A DNA stretch of 64,000 nucleotides, taken from contig JBEPYN010000002.1 of the NCBI GenBank assembly GCA_041641305.1, forward strand, positions 638,666-702,665, given 5' to 3'. Both the position numbers and the translations under genes were made by a program. A model generated the notes under the pieces. That model searched no databases and was not told where the DNA came from. It worked only from the letters and a program-made list of their open reading frames with translations. Shown piece after piece: positions 48,206 through 58,287 of this stretch (position 1 is its first letter; the number at the start of each line of letters is the position of its first letter). This DNA is from Nitrososphaerota archaeon. Its GTDB lineage: Archaea > Thermoproteota > Nitrososphaeria_A > Caldarchaeales > Caldarchaeaceae.

Positions 48206-49996
48206 ATGAGTACTGTTCGGGGTAAGATTATCTGGGTTGCGGGGCCTGCAGTGAAAGCCGACGGCATGATGGGCGCGAAGATGTATGAAACAGTCTATGT
48301 TGGTGAAGAGAGGCTGATTGGCGAGATTATCAAGCTCACGGGAGATGTCGCGTTTATACAGGTTTACGAGAACACGAGCGGGCTGAGGCCCGGCGAACCC
48401 GTGGAATCAACTGGTTCGCCGCTATCAGTTTCGCTGGGCCCTGGCATGCTCGGCAGCATCTACGACGGTGTTCAGAGACCTCTTGACGCAATAGGAAAAA
48501 TCTCAACAGGCTTCATCAAGAGAGGAATCAAAGTTGATCCTCTGCCACGGGATAAGAAGTGGAAGTTCACGCCTGTTGCGAAGAAGGGCGAAGAGCTTGG
48601 TCCGGGAGACATCATAGGTGAGGTGCCTGAAACACCTCTCGTGATAAGCAAGATAATGGTGCCGCCCAACGCGAAGCGAGGCAAACTAACATACGTCGCT
48701 CCTGAGGGCGAGTACACCATCGAGGACACGGTGGCTACTCTCGAGACCAGAGAAGGGTCCACAGACCTCCGGCTCTACCATAACTGGCCAGTTAGAAGAG
48801 CGAGGCCTTTCAACAGAAGGCTTGACCCCGAGGTGCCAACCATAACGGGGCAACGTGTTCTCGACACCTTCTTCCCAATCTCCAAGGGCGGGACAGCCTG
48901 CATACCCGGAGCCTTCGGAACGGGAAAAACCGTCACGCTTCACCAGCTCGCAAAATGGAGCGACACAAAAGTCATTTTCCATGTCGGATGCGGAGAACGC
49001 GGCAACGAGGAGTCAGAAGTTTTGACAGAGTTTCCGCATCTAAGAGACCCGGCGACAGGGAGGCCGCTCATGGAGAGAACAGTACTCATCGCCAACACGA
49101 GCAACATGCCTGTGGCGGCTCGTGAAGCCAGCATCTACACAGGCGTAACCATGGCAGAATATTTCAGGGACATGGGCTACGATGTTCTGCTTGTAGCGGA
49201 TTCGACAAGCCGCTGGGCGGAGGCCCTCCGCGAAATCAGCGGAAGGCTTGAGGAGATGCCTGCCGAGGAGGGTTATCCCAGCTACCTCGCGAGCAGGCTG
49301 GCGGAGTTCTATGAACGGGCTGGACGTGTGGTCACGCTTGGGAACCCCGAGAGGATAGGGAGCGTAACGCTTGTGGGTGCAGTAAGTCCGCCGGGCGGAG
49401 ACTTCACAGAGCCCGTCACAACACACACCATGAGGTTTATCAGAACCTTCTGGGCCCTCGACGCAAACCTCGCATACACACGCCACTACCCGGCGATCAA
49501 CTGGATCACCAGCTACTCGGGCTATGTTGAGACTGTGCGCAAGTGGTGGGCTGAGAATGTTACGGTGGACTGGTTTGAGCAGCGTTACCAGGCTTATCGG
49601 CTTCTCCAGAGAGAGGCTGATTTGCTTGAGCTTGTTAGACTGCTTGGGCCCGAGGCGTTGCCGGATGAGGAGAAGCTCATCATAGATGTGGCGCGTATGA
49701 TTCGTGAAGGTTTTCTGCAGCAGAGCGCGTACGACGAGGTTGACGCCTACTGTCCGCCGCCGAAACAGTACAAGCTGCTCAGGCTATTCGTCATGTTCCA
49801 CAAGCTCGCCGAGGAAGCGTTGAGGAAAGGAGTGGCCCTGAAGGATATACGCTCGCTCCCCATAATCTCGAAGCTCATCAGGGCAAAGTATGAGGTTCCG
49901 AATGATAGGCTGGAGCTTTTGGATGAGCTTGAGAAGGTTATGGTGGATGCGTTTGAGAAGCTGGTGTATGGGGAGAAGGTGGAGGTGAAGGCGTGA
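48206..49996 (+). CDS. atpA: A/V-type ATP synthase subunit A
   Basis: [35 protein letters not shown]. Confidence 0.97.
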   Translation: MSTVRGKIIWVAGPAVKADGMMGAKMYETVYVGEERLIGEIIKLTGDVAFIQVYENTSGLRPGEPVESTGSPLSVSLGPGMLGSIYDGVQRPLDAIGKISTGFIKRGIKVDPLPRDKKWKFTPVAKKGEELGPGDIIGEVPETPLVISKIMVPPNAKRGKLTYVAPEGEYTIEDTVATLETREGSTDLRLYHNWPVRRARPFNRRLDPEVPTITGQRVLDTFFPISKGGTACIPGAFGTGKTVTLHQLAKWSDTKVIFHVGCGERGNEESEVLTEFPHLRDPATGRPLMERTVLIANTSNMPVAAREASIYTGVTMAEYFRDMGYDVLLVADSTSRWAEALREISGRLEEMPAEEGYPSYLASRLAEFYERAGRVVTLGNPERIGSVTLVGAVSPPGGDFTEPVTTHTMRFIRTFWALDANLAYTRHYPAINWITSYSGYVETVRKWWAENVTVDWFEQRYQAYRLLQREADLLELVRLLGPEALPDEEKLIIDVARMIREGFLQQSAYDEVDAYCPPPKQYKLLRLFVMFHKLAEEALRKGVALKDIRSLPIISKLIRAKYEVPNDRLELLDELEKVMVDAFEKLVYGEKVEVKA

Positions 49997-51393
49997 TGGC
50001 TGCTGAGAAAAGCGGTGTGGAGTATCTCTCTATTCAGGAGATTAAGGGCCCGTTGATGGTTGTCGGCGGAGTTTCAGGCGTTGGCTACGATGAGTTGGTC
50101 GAGGTCGAGACCGTTGACGGAGAGCGGAGGCTTGGCAGGGTAATCGAGGTGAGTGAGGGCCGCGCCGTTGTGCAGGTCTTCGAGGGCACGCAGGGTCTCG
50201 GGATAGCGGGGACGAAAGCACGTTTCCTCGGCAGAACCATGGAGACACCTGTATCGACCGAGATGCTTGGCCGCGTTTTCGACGGATTGGGCAGGCCCAT
50301 AGACGGCTTACCCGACCCCATAGCGGAGGACGTGCTCGACGTCAACGGCGAGCCGATCAACCCCGAGCAACGCGAATACCCCTCAGACTTCATCCAAACA
50401 GGAATATCTGCGATAGACGGAATGAACAGCCTCGTCCGAGGCCAGAAGCTTCCCATCTTCTCGGGAGCAGGACTGCCCCACAACATGCTCGCGGCACAGA
50501 TAGCGAGACAGGCAACCGTCCCAGGCAAGGAGGAGGAGTTCGCCGTAATCTTCGCGGCGGTCGGTGTCCAGAACGACGAAGCCCGCTACTTCAGAAGAAG
50601 CCTCGAGGAAAGCGGCGCCATCAAACGCAGCGCCCTCTTCCTCAACCTCGCCGACGACCCAGCCATCGAACGAATAGTCACACCCCGTATAGCGCTAACC
50701 CTGGCCGAATACCTCGCCTTCAAACAGGGATACCATGTACTCGTCATCATAACAGACATCACAAACTATGCCGAGGCTTTGCGTGAGGTTAGTGCGGCCC
50801 GTGAGGAGGTTCCCGGCCGAAAAGGTTATCCGGGCTACATGTACACAGACCTTGCGTCGCTGTATGAGAGGGCTGGGAGGATTAAGGGCCTTAAGGGCAG
50901 CCTCACCCAAATGCCCATCCTCAGCATGCCCAGCGACGACATCACCCATCCAATACCGGACCTAACAGGCTACATCACCGAAGGCCAGATAGTTCTCTCA
51001 CGCGACCTTTACAGGAAAGGCATCTACCCGCCCATCAACGTCTTGATGAGCCTCAGCAGGCTTATGGGCCCCGGCATCATTTCGCAGAAGAAGACGAGAG
51101 CAGATCACGGAGACGTCAGCAACCAGCTATACGCGGCATACGCCAGAGCCGTTCAGCTCCGCTCCCTCGCAGAAATCGTCGGAAAATCAGGCCTCTCCGA
51201 AACAGACCTCAAGTACCTCGAGTTCGGCGACTTGTTTGAGCAGCGTTTCCTCCGCCAGGGCCCCAACGAGAACCGCACCCTCGACCAGACCCTCGAAATC
51301 GCGTGGGACATCCTCTCAAGCCTGCCTGAGACCGAGCTGACCAAAATCAAGGAGGAGCACATCCGTAAACACTATCGGCAAAGGACATCTTAG
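49993..51393 (+). CDS. atpB: A/V-type ATP synthase subunit B
   Basis: [37 protein letters not shown]. Confidence 0.97.
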   Translation: MMAAEKSGVEYLSIQEIKGPLMVVGGVSGVGYDELVEVETVDGERRLGRVIEVSEGRAVVQVFEGTQGLGIAGTKARFLGRTMETPVSTEMLGRVFDGLGRPIDGLPDPIAEDVLDVNGEPINPEQREYPSDFIQTGISAIDGMNSLVRGQKLPIFSGAGLPHNMLAAQIARQATVPGKEEEFAVIFAAVGVQNDEARYFRRSLEESGAIKRSALFLNLADDPAIERIVTPRIALTLAEYLAFKQGYHVLVIITDITNYAEALREVSAAREEVPGRKGYPGYMYTDLASLYERAGRIKGLKGSLTQMPILSMPSDDITHPIPDLTGYITEGQIVLSRDLYRKGIYPPINVLMSLSRLMGPGIISQKKTRADHGDVSNQLYAAYARAVQLRSLAEIVGKSGLSETDLKYLEFGDLFEQRFLRQGPNENRTLDQTLEIAWDILSSLPETELTKIKEEHIRKHYRQRTS

Positions 51394-51394
51394 G

Positions 51395-52537
51395 TTGCCC
51401 CGCGACAGAAGATGGCTGCTTCTCTCATGGTTATTCGTCGACAGAATAGTCTACACCCTTAACTGGCTCGCAATCTCCCCCGCCCAACCCTTTCTCGCAA
51501 AAGAGCTGAACATCGGCCTCAGCGCGCTCGGAATACTCGGCACAGTTTTTCTCCTCGGTGTAGCTATTTTCCAGCTTCCCGCGGCGATTTTGGCCGCGCG
51601 TTATGGGGCAAAGAAGATAGCGTTGCTCGGGCTTTTTCTCTCCTCGTTTTTCGCGGGGTTGTGTGGCCTGGCCCCGGCTTTTGAGCATCTCCTAGTTCTC
51701 CGTTTCTTGACGGGTGTGTTTCTCAGTTTCTTCTTCGGGCCCGGCATCACGTTCTTCGCCCCTCTTTTCAGCACACGTGAAAGAGGAACAGCTGTCGGCG
51801 TCTATAACGCGGGTTTTCACACGGGGACGTTGGTGACGCTCGGTGTGTGGCCCACGGTGATGAGCCTGTATGGGTGGAGGCTTGGTTTACTTATTCCCGG
51901 TGTGGCTGGACTGTTGCTGGCTTTTGCTACTTACAGGGTGTCGAGATGGGTGGAAGACTCTGTTGACCCACATGGAATACATGTCTCAGCTATCGGAAAC
52001 AGGTTTGTTCTCTACTCTGCCCTCGGACTGGGGTTCGCTGGAGCCGCATGGTATCCGTTGACACAGTTCGGCATCCTATACCTAACAAGCGAGGCCAAGC
52101 TTGATGTGGGTGTTGCGGGTGCTATGGTTTCTGTGCTCTCACTGGGCAGTGTTGTTGGAGCACCGCTTTCCGGAAGGCTGTATGACAGGGCCCGAGACCG
52201 TAAGCGCCTCCTCTATCTCCTCAACCTATTCAACTCACTCTCCCTCGCGGCCTTCGCGCTCAGCCCCGTCCAAGCCATCATACCCATCGTTTTCCTAACA
52301 GGCCTCTTCTACACAGCCTCCAACAACCTCTACTATGTCACACCCATGATGGTTGTCAACCAGTCGGAGATCGCGGTAACCGTTGCAACCGTGAACATGG
52401 TGCATCTTTTCGCGGCCTCGGCCTTTCCGTATGTGTTTTCGGCTGTGGCTGAGGGCTGGGGATATTTCGCGGGATGGATGATGATGGTTTTTGTTAGTTT
52501 GTTGGCGGTGTTGTGTGTTTGGCGGATGAGGTTTTAA
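51395..52537 (+). CDS. MFS transporter
   Basis: 12-TM pattern, AARYGAKK motif A, ERGTAVG. Confidence 0.88.
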   Translation: MPRDRRWLLLSWLFVDRIVYTLNWLAISPAQPFLAKELNIGLSALGILGTVFLLGVAIFQLPAAILAARYGAKKIALLGLFLSSFFAGLCGLAPAFEHLLVLRFLTGVFLSFFFGPGITFFAPLFSTRERGTAVGVYNAGFHTGTLVTLGVWPTVMSLYGWRLGLLIPGVAGLLLAFATYRVSRWVEDSVDPHGIHVSAIGNRFVLYSALGLGFAGAAWYPLTQFGILYLTSEAKLDVGVAGAMVSVLSLGSVVGAPLSGRLYDRARDRKRLLYLLNLFNSLSLAAFALSPVQAIIPIVFLTGLFYTASNNLYYVTPMMVVNQSEIAVTVATVNMVHLFAASAFPYVFSAVAEGWGYFAGWMMMVFVSLLAVLCVWRMRF

Positions 52538-52566
52538 CCACTATGTAGTGGTGAAAGGGTTAAATA
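52537..52566 (+). promoter_or_regulatory. 7-2-7 palindrome ACCACTA-TG-TAGTGGT just upstream of BRE/TATA (TTAAATA)
   Basis: Palindrome 52537-52552; TATA 52560-52566; ATG 52589. Confidence 0.6.
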
Positions 52567-52588
52567 AAAACAACCACATCAAACAAAC

Positions 52589-53062
52589 ATGAACATCTTC
52601 GAGGAAGCCGAGGAGATAATGGAGAACGCCTTGGTCTCCTCCCTAAGCGTTGTAACACCCTCGGGGGAGGTGTTGACCAACCCGATGCTCCCCCTCTACA
52701 GCCGCAAACGCAAAAAACTCTACATGACATCCAGCATACTCTTCAGCAAGAAAATCAACTACATCAAAAAGAACCCAAGGGTCGGCGTGCTATTCAGCGG
52801 CCGACCATTCATCAAAACACCGAGATACTCCGCTCTCCACGTAAAAGGCGACGCAAAAGTCTACGAGGAAAACCTTCACAACGGCTGGGAATGGCTTGTG
52901 GAGCTATGGCGCGCCAAAGAACCATACATAGAGGCCTTCATCAAGCAGAGGGTTGCTCTGCCTCTTTTCTGGGAAAGAGCGGTGATCGAGATAGAGCCGA
53001 GAGAGATGCTGCTGTGGCCTGATGGCGATTTGTCTAAGGAGCCGCTGAGGTGGAGAGCATGA
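52589..53062 (+). CDS. PPOX-like split-barrel flavin/F420-binding protein
   Basis: LSVVTPSG..P, TS...SKK..IKKNPRVGVLF, VKGDAKV, IEIEP. Confidence 0.8.
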   Translation: MNIFEEAEEIMENALVSSLSVVTPSGEVLTNPMLPLYSRKRKKLYMTSSILFSKKINYIKKNPRVGVLFSGRPFIKTPRYSALHVKGDAKVYEENLHNGWEWLVELWRAKEPYIEAFIKQRVALPLFWERAVIEIEPREMLLWPDGDLSKEPLRWRA

Positions 53063-54381
53063 GCCTCGCAGCGGAGATCGAGAAATACAGTGACGTAGTC
53101 GTCTCCTACCTAGACGAAGACGGCTACCCGATGAGCTTCTCCACAACCGCGAGACAGAGCGACGGCAAACTCATCCTCGAAAAACCCCCACACATAAGCC
53201 CGCCCAAGAAAATAACAGTACTCCTAAACCACATAACCCCCCTCCCAACAGGAGGCTACACCGACAGAAGATACGTGATGATGAAGGGAGAGGCAGAGGC
53301 CGACGGCAACACAATAATCTTCAAGCCAACCAAGCAGTATGGCTGGGACGAGAAAACTAAACCATTTTTCCAATACTGTGAAGAAAGGGTTCCACAGGCG
53401 AAGAGTTATGTGACACGGTTGAGCGAGGCTTTGGGCAAGCAGGTCAAGCCTCGTCTCCCAACCCTCCAGCTCCTCTTCAGAGCGACACGGTTCCCATTCC
53501 TCACAGCAACCGCGGCACCCGTCCTCATGGGCGTAGGCACAGCAGCCTACCTCGGATACTTCGACCCACTCCTTTTCATCCTAACCCTGATAGGCGCGAG
53601 CCTGATACATCTCGCCCTCAACATGACCAACGACTACTACGACACAAAACTCGGAGCAGACCCCGCCAACATAACTCCAACACCCTTCAGCGGAGGCTCC
53701 CGAATACTTCACTACGGCCTAATGACACCGCGTCAACTACTATTACTAATCATACTCTTCTACGGCGCCGGCATAGCGATAGGCCTTTACCTCGCTTTTC
53801 TCAGGGGCCTCATCCCGATTCTGACGGTGATGGCAACAGGTGTCCTGATAAGCATCTTCTACACGGCTCCGCCTCTCAAGCTCGCCTACAGAGGTTTGGG
53901 CGAGGCCGCTGTCGGCATCGGCTTCGGACCAATAATCGTCCTCGGCAGCCACTATGTCCAGACACAGTTCTTCTCTCTCGAGGCCCTCGTCGCATCGATA
54001 CCCATAGGCATACTCATCATGCTCATTCTCTACGTCAACGAAATACCCGACGCACCATATGACAAAGCCGCCGGCAAACTCACATTGGTTACACGTCTCT
54101 CAAAAAAGGGCATGCTCAGAGGATACAAGGCATCTCTCGCGGCCGTCTACGTCGTGATGGTTGCAGCCGTATTGTTGAGGCTTGCTCCGCCAACAACCCT
54201 GATAGCCCTCGCAACAATCCCGAAAGCCGTCGCAACAGTTAGAAACGTTGCCCAGACATACGGCAACCCCTACCTAATGATTCCAGCCCTCGCCTCAAAC
54301 ATCAACGTCGCCACATTCACGGGACTTCTACACGCCGCAGGCTTCTTCCTCTGGGCGCTGATAAGCTACGTGATGGGCTAA
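53059..54381 (+). CDS. Fusion: split-barrel-like N-domain plus MenA/UbiA-family prenyltransferase
   Basis: N-terminal VSYLDEDGYP..KGEA..FKP; NDYYD, SGGSR, YTAPPLKLAYRGLGE, NEIPD..D..AGK.TL. ATGA overlap with previous gene. Confidence 0.85.
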   Translation: MSLAAEIEKYSDVVVSYLDEDGYPMSFSTTARQSDGKLILEKPPHISPPKKITVLLNHITPLPTGGYTDRRYVMMKGEAEADGNTIIFKPTKQYGWDEKTKPFFQYCEERVPQAKSYVTRLSEALGKQVKPRLPTLQLLFRATRFPFLTATAAPVLMGVGTAAYLGYFDPLLFILTLIGASLIHLALNMTNDYYDTKLGADPANITPTPFSGGSRILHYGLMTPRQLLLLIILFYGAGIAIGLYLAFLRGLIPILTVMATGVLISIFYTAPPLKLAYRGLGEAAVGIGFGPIIVLGSHYVQTQFFSLEALVASIPIGILIMLILYVNEIPDAPYDKAAGKLTLVTRLSKKGMLRGYKASLAAVYVVMVAAVLLRLAPPTTLIALATIPKAVATVRNVAQTYGNPYLMIPALASNINVATFTGLLHAAGFFLWALISYVMG

Positions 54382-54414
54382 ATCTATAAATCATATTGTT
54401 TGCAGACATTTTCT

Positions 54415-55491
54415 ATGGTTAAGAAAACTAGAGCAGGTAAACCCTCTTATGTAGGAACACTGCGTGGAAAAGATTTCCTCAACACCAACGACTTCACTCA
54501 GGAGCAGATTAACAACATTCTGAAGGCTGCTCGAGACCTGCGAGAAAAATTCCGGGCAAGGAAACCAACAGAGTATCTCAAGGGCCAGACGCTTTTCATG
54601 CTCTTCTACAACCGCTCCCTCCGCACGCGCAACAGCTTCGAGGCAGGCATCTATCAGCTGGGTGGTCACGCACATTTTCTCAGCCCATCAGACGTCTACA
54701 CGCCCACGCTGCCAGAAGACATGATACCATATCAGACAGAATCCATAGCTGACGTGGCCCGTGTTCTCAGCACATACGGCGACGCCATCGCCGTCAGGAT
54801 TTACGGCGACGCTGCGAAGTGGCACATCGGCAGGGGTCACCGGGTCATCCAAGAGTTCGCGAAATGGGCCACAATACCTGTCCTCAACATGGAGGATGAC
54901 ATATACCACCCGTTCCAAGCCCTCGCAGATATGATGGCTATACAGGATGTGGCCCCCAAGCCTCGGGGCAGGAAATTCGTCGTCTCCTACGCTTACTCAG
55001 GCGGCTTGAAGCCCCTCGCCGTGCCCCAGAGCTGCATACTCATAGGCACACAGTTCGCCATGGATGTCGTGCTCGCTCATCCACCGGGCTTCGAGCTCGA
55101 GGACCACGTCATAGAAGCATGCAGAAAAAACGTGGAACAATACGGCGGCTCCTTCACCATCACACATGACATGAAAGAAGCCTTCGAGGGAGCTGACTTT
55201 GTCTATCCAAAAGCCTGGTCGCCGCGGAAGTTCTTCCCACCATATAACTCGGCCGTGGACAAGGAGGGGGCCATGAAGTATCAGGACCAGTTCAAGAGCT
55301 GGATATGCACACCCGAGCTCATGGATTTGACCAACAGAGGTAAGTATATGCACTGCGGCCCCGCCGACAGAGGTCAGGAGGTTGTTGACGAGGTCATAGA
55401 CAGCCCCAGCTACTCGCTCTACTTCCAGCAGGCGGAGAACAGGCTGCATGTCCAGAAGGCGGTTATGTCGATGACGATGGGGAGAAGATGA
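54415..55491 (+). CDS. YgeW-like (knotted-type) carbamoyltransferase 1
   Basis: SLRTR, HPFQALAD, YAYS..KPLAVPQ, YPKAW, YMHCGPAD; TATAAA at 54385-54390. Confidence 0.85.
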   Translation: MVKKTRAGKPSYVGTLRGKDFLNTNDFTQEQINNILKAARDLREKFRARKPTEYLKGQTLFMLFYNRSLRTRNSFEAGIYQLGGHAHFLSPSDVYTPTLPEDMIPYQTESIADVARVLSTYGDAIAVRIYGDAAKWHIGRGHRVIQEFAKWATIPVLNMEDDIYHPFQALADMMAIQDVAPKPRGRKFVVSYAYSGGLKPLAVPQSCILIGTQFAMDVVLAHPPGFELEDHVIEACRKNVEQYGGSFTITHDMKEAFEGADFVYPKAWSPRKFFPPYNSAVDKEGAMKYQDQFKSWICTPELMDLTNRGKYMHCGPADRGQEVVDEVIDSPSYSLYFQQAENRLHVQKAVMSMTMGRR

Positions 55492-56516
55492 GAACCGGCG
55501 AAGACATCCTCGACCTCATAGGCAACACGCCGCTGCTACGTCTCCGCCAAATAGAGAAACAACATGGGGTGGATGCCGAGATATGGGCTAAGCTCGAGTT
55601 CTACAACCCATCCGGCAGCCTAAAAGACCGCATATACCGCGAGATGATAACGAAAGCCATCGAGAGGGGCGACCTGAGGCCCGGCATGGAGATTCTCGAG
55701 GTCTCGACAGGCAACGCGGGGATCGCATGCACCTTTGTCGGCACACATCTTGGTTACAAGGTTACCATCGTAATGCCCGAGGGAATGAGTGAGGAGAGGA
55801 AACAGCTCATAAGAGCGTTCGGCGGCAACCTCGTCTTCACACCCGGCGCAGAGTCTGACGTGGACCTCAGCCTAAGAAAAGCCGAGGAAATGATGCGGCA
55901 GAACCCGCGCAAATACTGGTTCCCCAACCAGTTCACAAACCCCGACAACATCCAAGCACACATCAAAACCACCGGCCCAGAGATATGGGAGCAGACAAAG
56001 GGCAAGGTTGATGCTTTCGTGATGTCGCAGGGCTCCGGCGGAACAGTAAGCGGCGTCGGAAAATTCCTCAAGGAAAAAAAGCCGAGCGTAAAGATATACA
56101 CAGTTGAGCCAAGCGAGGCACCCATCATCAGCGAAGGCAAATGGGGCTCGCACAAAATCGAGGGCATAGGAGACGGCTTCATACCACGCAACCTCGACCT
56201 CGGAGTATGCGACGGAGTTGTCACAACAACCTCCGACGAGGCAATTGCGATGGCCAAGCAGCTCGCACGCCTCGAGGGAATATTCGGCGGAATATCCTCG
56301 GGATGCAACGTCGCAGCCGCGGTCAAAGTCGCAAAAAAGCATCCAGAGCTCCGGAAAATAGTGACACTGATATGCGACTCGGGAAACAGATACCTCTCAA
56401 CGGAGTTGTATGGTGAGGGTAAGAAAACAGTTGTCCCCGAGCGTGAGCACCCCCTCGACGAATACACGAAAACCGTCAGGGAGAAACATTTGCACCGTCT
56501 CGAGATAATAAGGTGA
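55488..56516 (+). CDS. PLP-dependent cysteine synthase family (fold II) enzyme
   Basis: KLEFYNPSGSLKDR, STGNAG, NQF, GSGGT, HKIEGIG. Confidence 0.9.
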   Translation: MRTGEDILDLIGNTPLLRLRQIEKQHGVDAEIWAKLEFYNPSGSLKDRIYREMITKAIERGDLRPGMEILEVSTGNAGIACTFVGTHLGYKVTIVMPEGMSEERKQLIRAFGGNLVFTPGAESDVDLSLRKAEEMMRQNPRKYWFPNQFTNPDNIQAHIKTTGPEIWEQTKGKVDAFVMSQGSGGTVSGVGKFLKEKKPSVKIYTVEPSEAPIISEGKWGSHKIEGIGDGFIPRNLDLGVCDGVVTTTSDEAIAMAKQLARLEGIFGGISSGCNVAAAVKVAKKHPELRKIVTLICDSGNRYLSTELYGEGKKTVVPEREHPLDEYTKTVREKHLHRLEIIR

Positions 56517-57021
56517 GCATGTTATAGCGGGGTTCGAATACGACGAAGAGCATGGAACTGTCCAAGACCCTGTACTCGGAGGCAGGGTTCTTGTGCTGTC
56601 TGGGAGGCTTTTCGCTGAGATGAGGGTTCTTCTCTCTTACTCTATGTCGGGGCCCGCGGTGGACACCCTGTTGTGGCACATCGGAAACAAATATGGTGTG
56701 GCGTTGGGCAGGAGAACAAAGAAGATGTCGAAAACTCCGGGGGATGCTGTGGAGCTTTTGGCGAAGGCGGCTCAAAGGTCGGGCTGGGGCAAGATAACGG
56801 TCGACAACAAATTCGAAACGGCTGGTGAGATGGTGGTATTCTTCGAGGACTGTGTCTTCTGCGAGGGCGTGGTCGGCGAAAAAACACCCGCCTGCAGTTT
56901 TCTATCAGGTATTCTCGCTGGTATAGGGGAGGAGATATACGGCGGAAGTGTAGTGGCTCGGGAGGAGCTTTGCAGAGGTGTGGGTGACAGCCTCTGCCGC
57001 TTCAGGATAACAAAGGTGTAG
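56512..57021 (+). CDS. V4R small-ligand-binding domain protein; start ambiguous (first canonical start GTG 56593)
   Basis: GWG, C.FC, ACSFLSGILAG, E..CRG.GD..CRF. The frame stays open and coding-like back to 56512. Confidence 0.8.
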   Translation, partial: GEHVIAGFEYDEEHGTVQDPVLGGRVLVLSGRLFAEMRVLLSYSMSGPAVDTLLWHIGNKYGVALGRRTKKMSKTPGDAVELLAKAAQRSGWGKITVDNKFETAGEMVVFFEDCVFCEGVVGEKTPACSFLSGILAGIGEEIYGGSVVAREELCRGVGDSLCRFRITKV

Positions 57022-57025
57022 AGGC

Positions 57026-58270
57026 TTGTTTGTCGAAAAAATGGTCTGCTCAAGATGTGGAACAGAATACAGCCCATCCATCAACCCAATCCTCTGCAGA
57101 AACAACGACAACGGCCGCCTAGACATCTTCTACGACCTTGACCGCGTTGCCGGGTCATTCACCAAGTCCTCTATTGAGAAACGTCCGCCGAACGGTGTTT
57201 GGCGCTACTGGGAGCTCATGCCCGTCGACCAGCGTTATGCTTCTCCTCTGAAAGAGGGTAACACGCCTCTGCTCCATGCCCAACGGCTCGGCGAAGAACT
57301 TGGCGTCAAGAAGCTTTTCCTCAAGGATGAGACACGTAATCCCACGGCTTCTTTCAAAGACCGTGCGATGGCTGTTGGCGCCGCGAAGGCTGTTGAAATG
57401 GGTAGGAGGGATGTGGTCATCGCCTCGAGCGGTAACGCGGCATCTTCTCTGGCCGCTTACAGCGCCTCTCTTGGTCTACGGTGCACAGCCTTTGTACCAG
57501 AAGATGTTGCCATCGGAAAGGCCTCGCAGCTTCTGCTTTATGGTGCGAGAGTTCTCCGGGTCAAGCAGGTGGAGGAGGGACGTGACCCAACTGTAGACCT
57601 GATGATGCAGACAGTGAGAGAGCTTGGCTGGTATCCCTGCCCAAGCTTCGGCGCCTTCAACCCCTACCAGGTCGAGGGCCCCAAAACCATCGTCTATGAA
57701 ATGGTTGAGCAAATGGGCTGGAATGTTCCCGACTTTGTCTTCATACCCACAGGCTCAGGATGCCTCGCCACAGGAATATGGAAAGCGTTGAAAGAGATGC
57801 ATCAGCTCGGCTTAATCGAGAGCTATCCCAAGATGGTGCCTGTCCAGCCCACTGGTAACATGCCCCTCGTGAGAGCAATTCTTCAGGGGAAAAAGTTTGA
57901 GGAGATAGAGCCGGAGAAATGGCCCAAATCTATTGCGTCAGGTCTTCTCGACCCATATCCTTGGGACGGTGACGCGGCGATGGCGGGTGTGAGGACAACA
58001 GGTGGCACGGCCGCTGCCGTCGAAGAGTATGAGATTAGAGAGGCTGTAAAGAGGCTGGCCCGTCTTGAAGGGGTTTTTGCCGAGCCATCAGGCGCCGTCG
58101 GAGTGGCCGCTGTCCAGAAACTCCTTGATCAAGGGGTTGTAGAAGCCTCGGACACGGTGGTTGTTCTGGTGACTGCCTCGGGGCTGAAAGAACCGGAGAA
58201 AGTTGCCTCCACAGCCGAGCTTCCGCTCATACGCCCCTCTCTGAGTGAGCTGAAGAAGTATTTATCATAG
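57026..58270 (+). CDS. Threonine synthase-like PLP enzyme (fold II)
   Basis: N-terminal CxxC, EGNTPL, KDETRNPTASFKDR, ASSGN, PTGSG, AEPSGA. Confidence 0.88.
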   Translation: MFVEKMVCSRCGTEYSPSINPILCRNNDNGRLDIFYDLDRVAGSFTKSSIEKRPPNGVWRYWELMPVDQRYASPLKEGNTPLLHAQRLGEELGVKKLFLKDETRNPTASFKDRAMAVGAAKAVEMGRRDVVIASSGNAASSLAAYSASLGLRCTAFVPEDVAIGKASQLLLYGARVLRVKQVEEGRDPTVDLMMQTVRELGWYPCPSFGAFNPYQVEGPKTIVYEMVEQMGWNVPDFVFIPTGSGCLATGIWKALKEMHQLGLIESYPKMVPVQPTGNMPLVRAILQGKKFEEIEPEKWPKSIASGLLDPYPWDGDAAMAGVRTTGGTAAAVEEYEIREAVKRLARLEGVFAEPSGAVGVAAVQKLLDQGVVEASDTVVVLVTASGLKEPEKVASTAELPLIRPSLSELKKYLS

Positions 58271-58287
58271 AGAAAACAGGATTCGCC

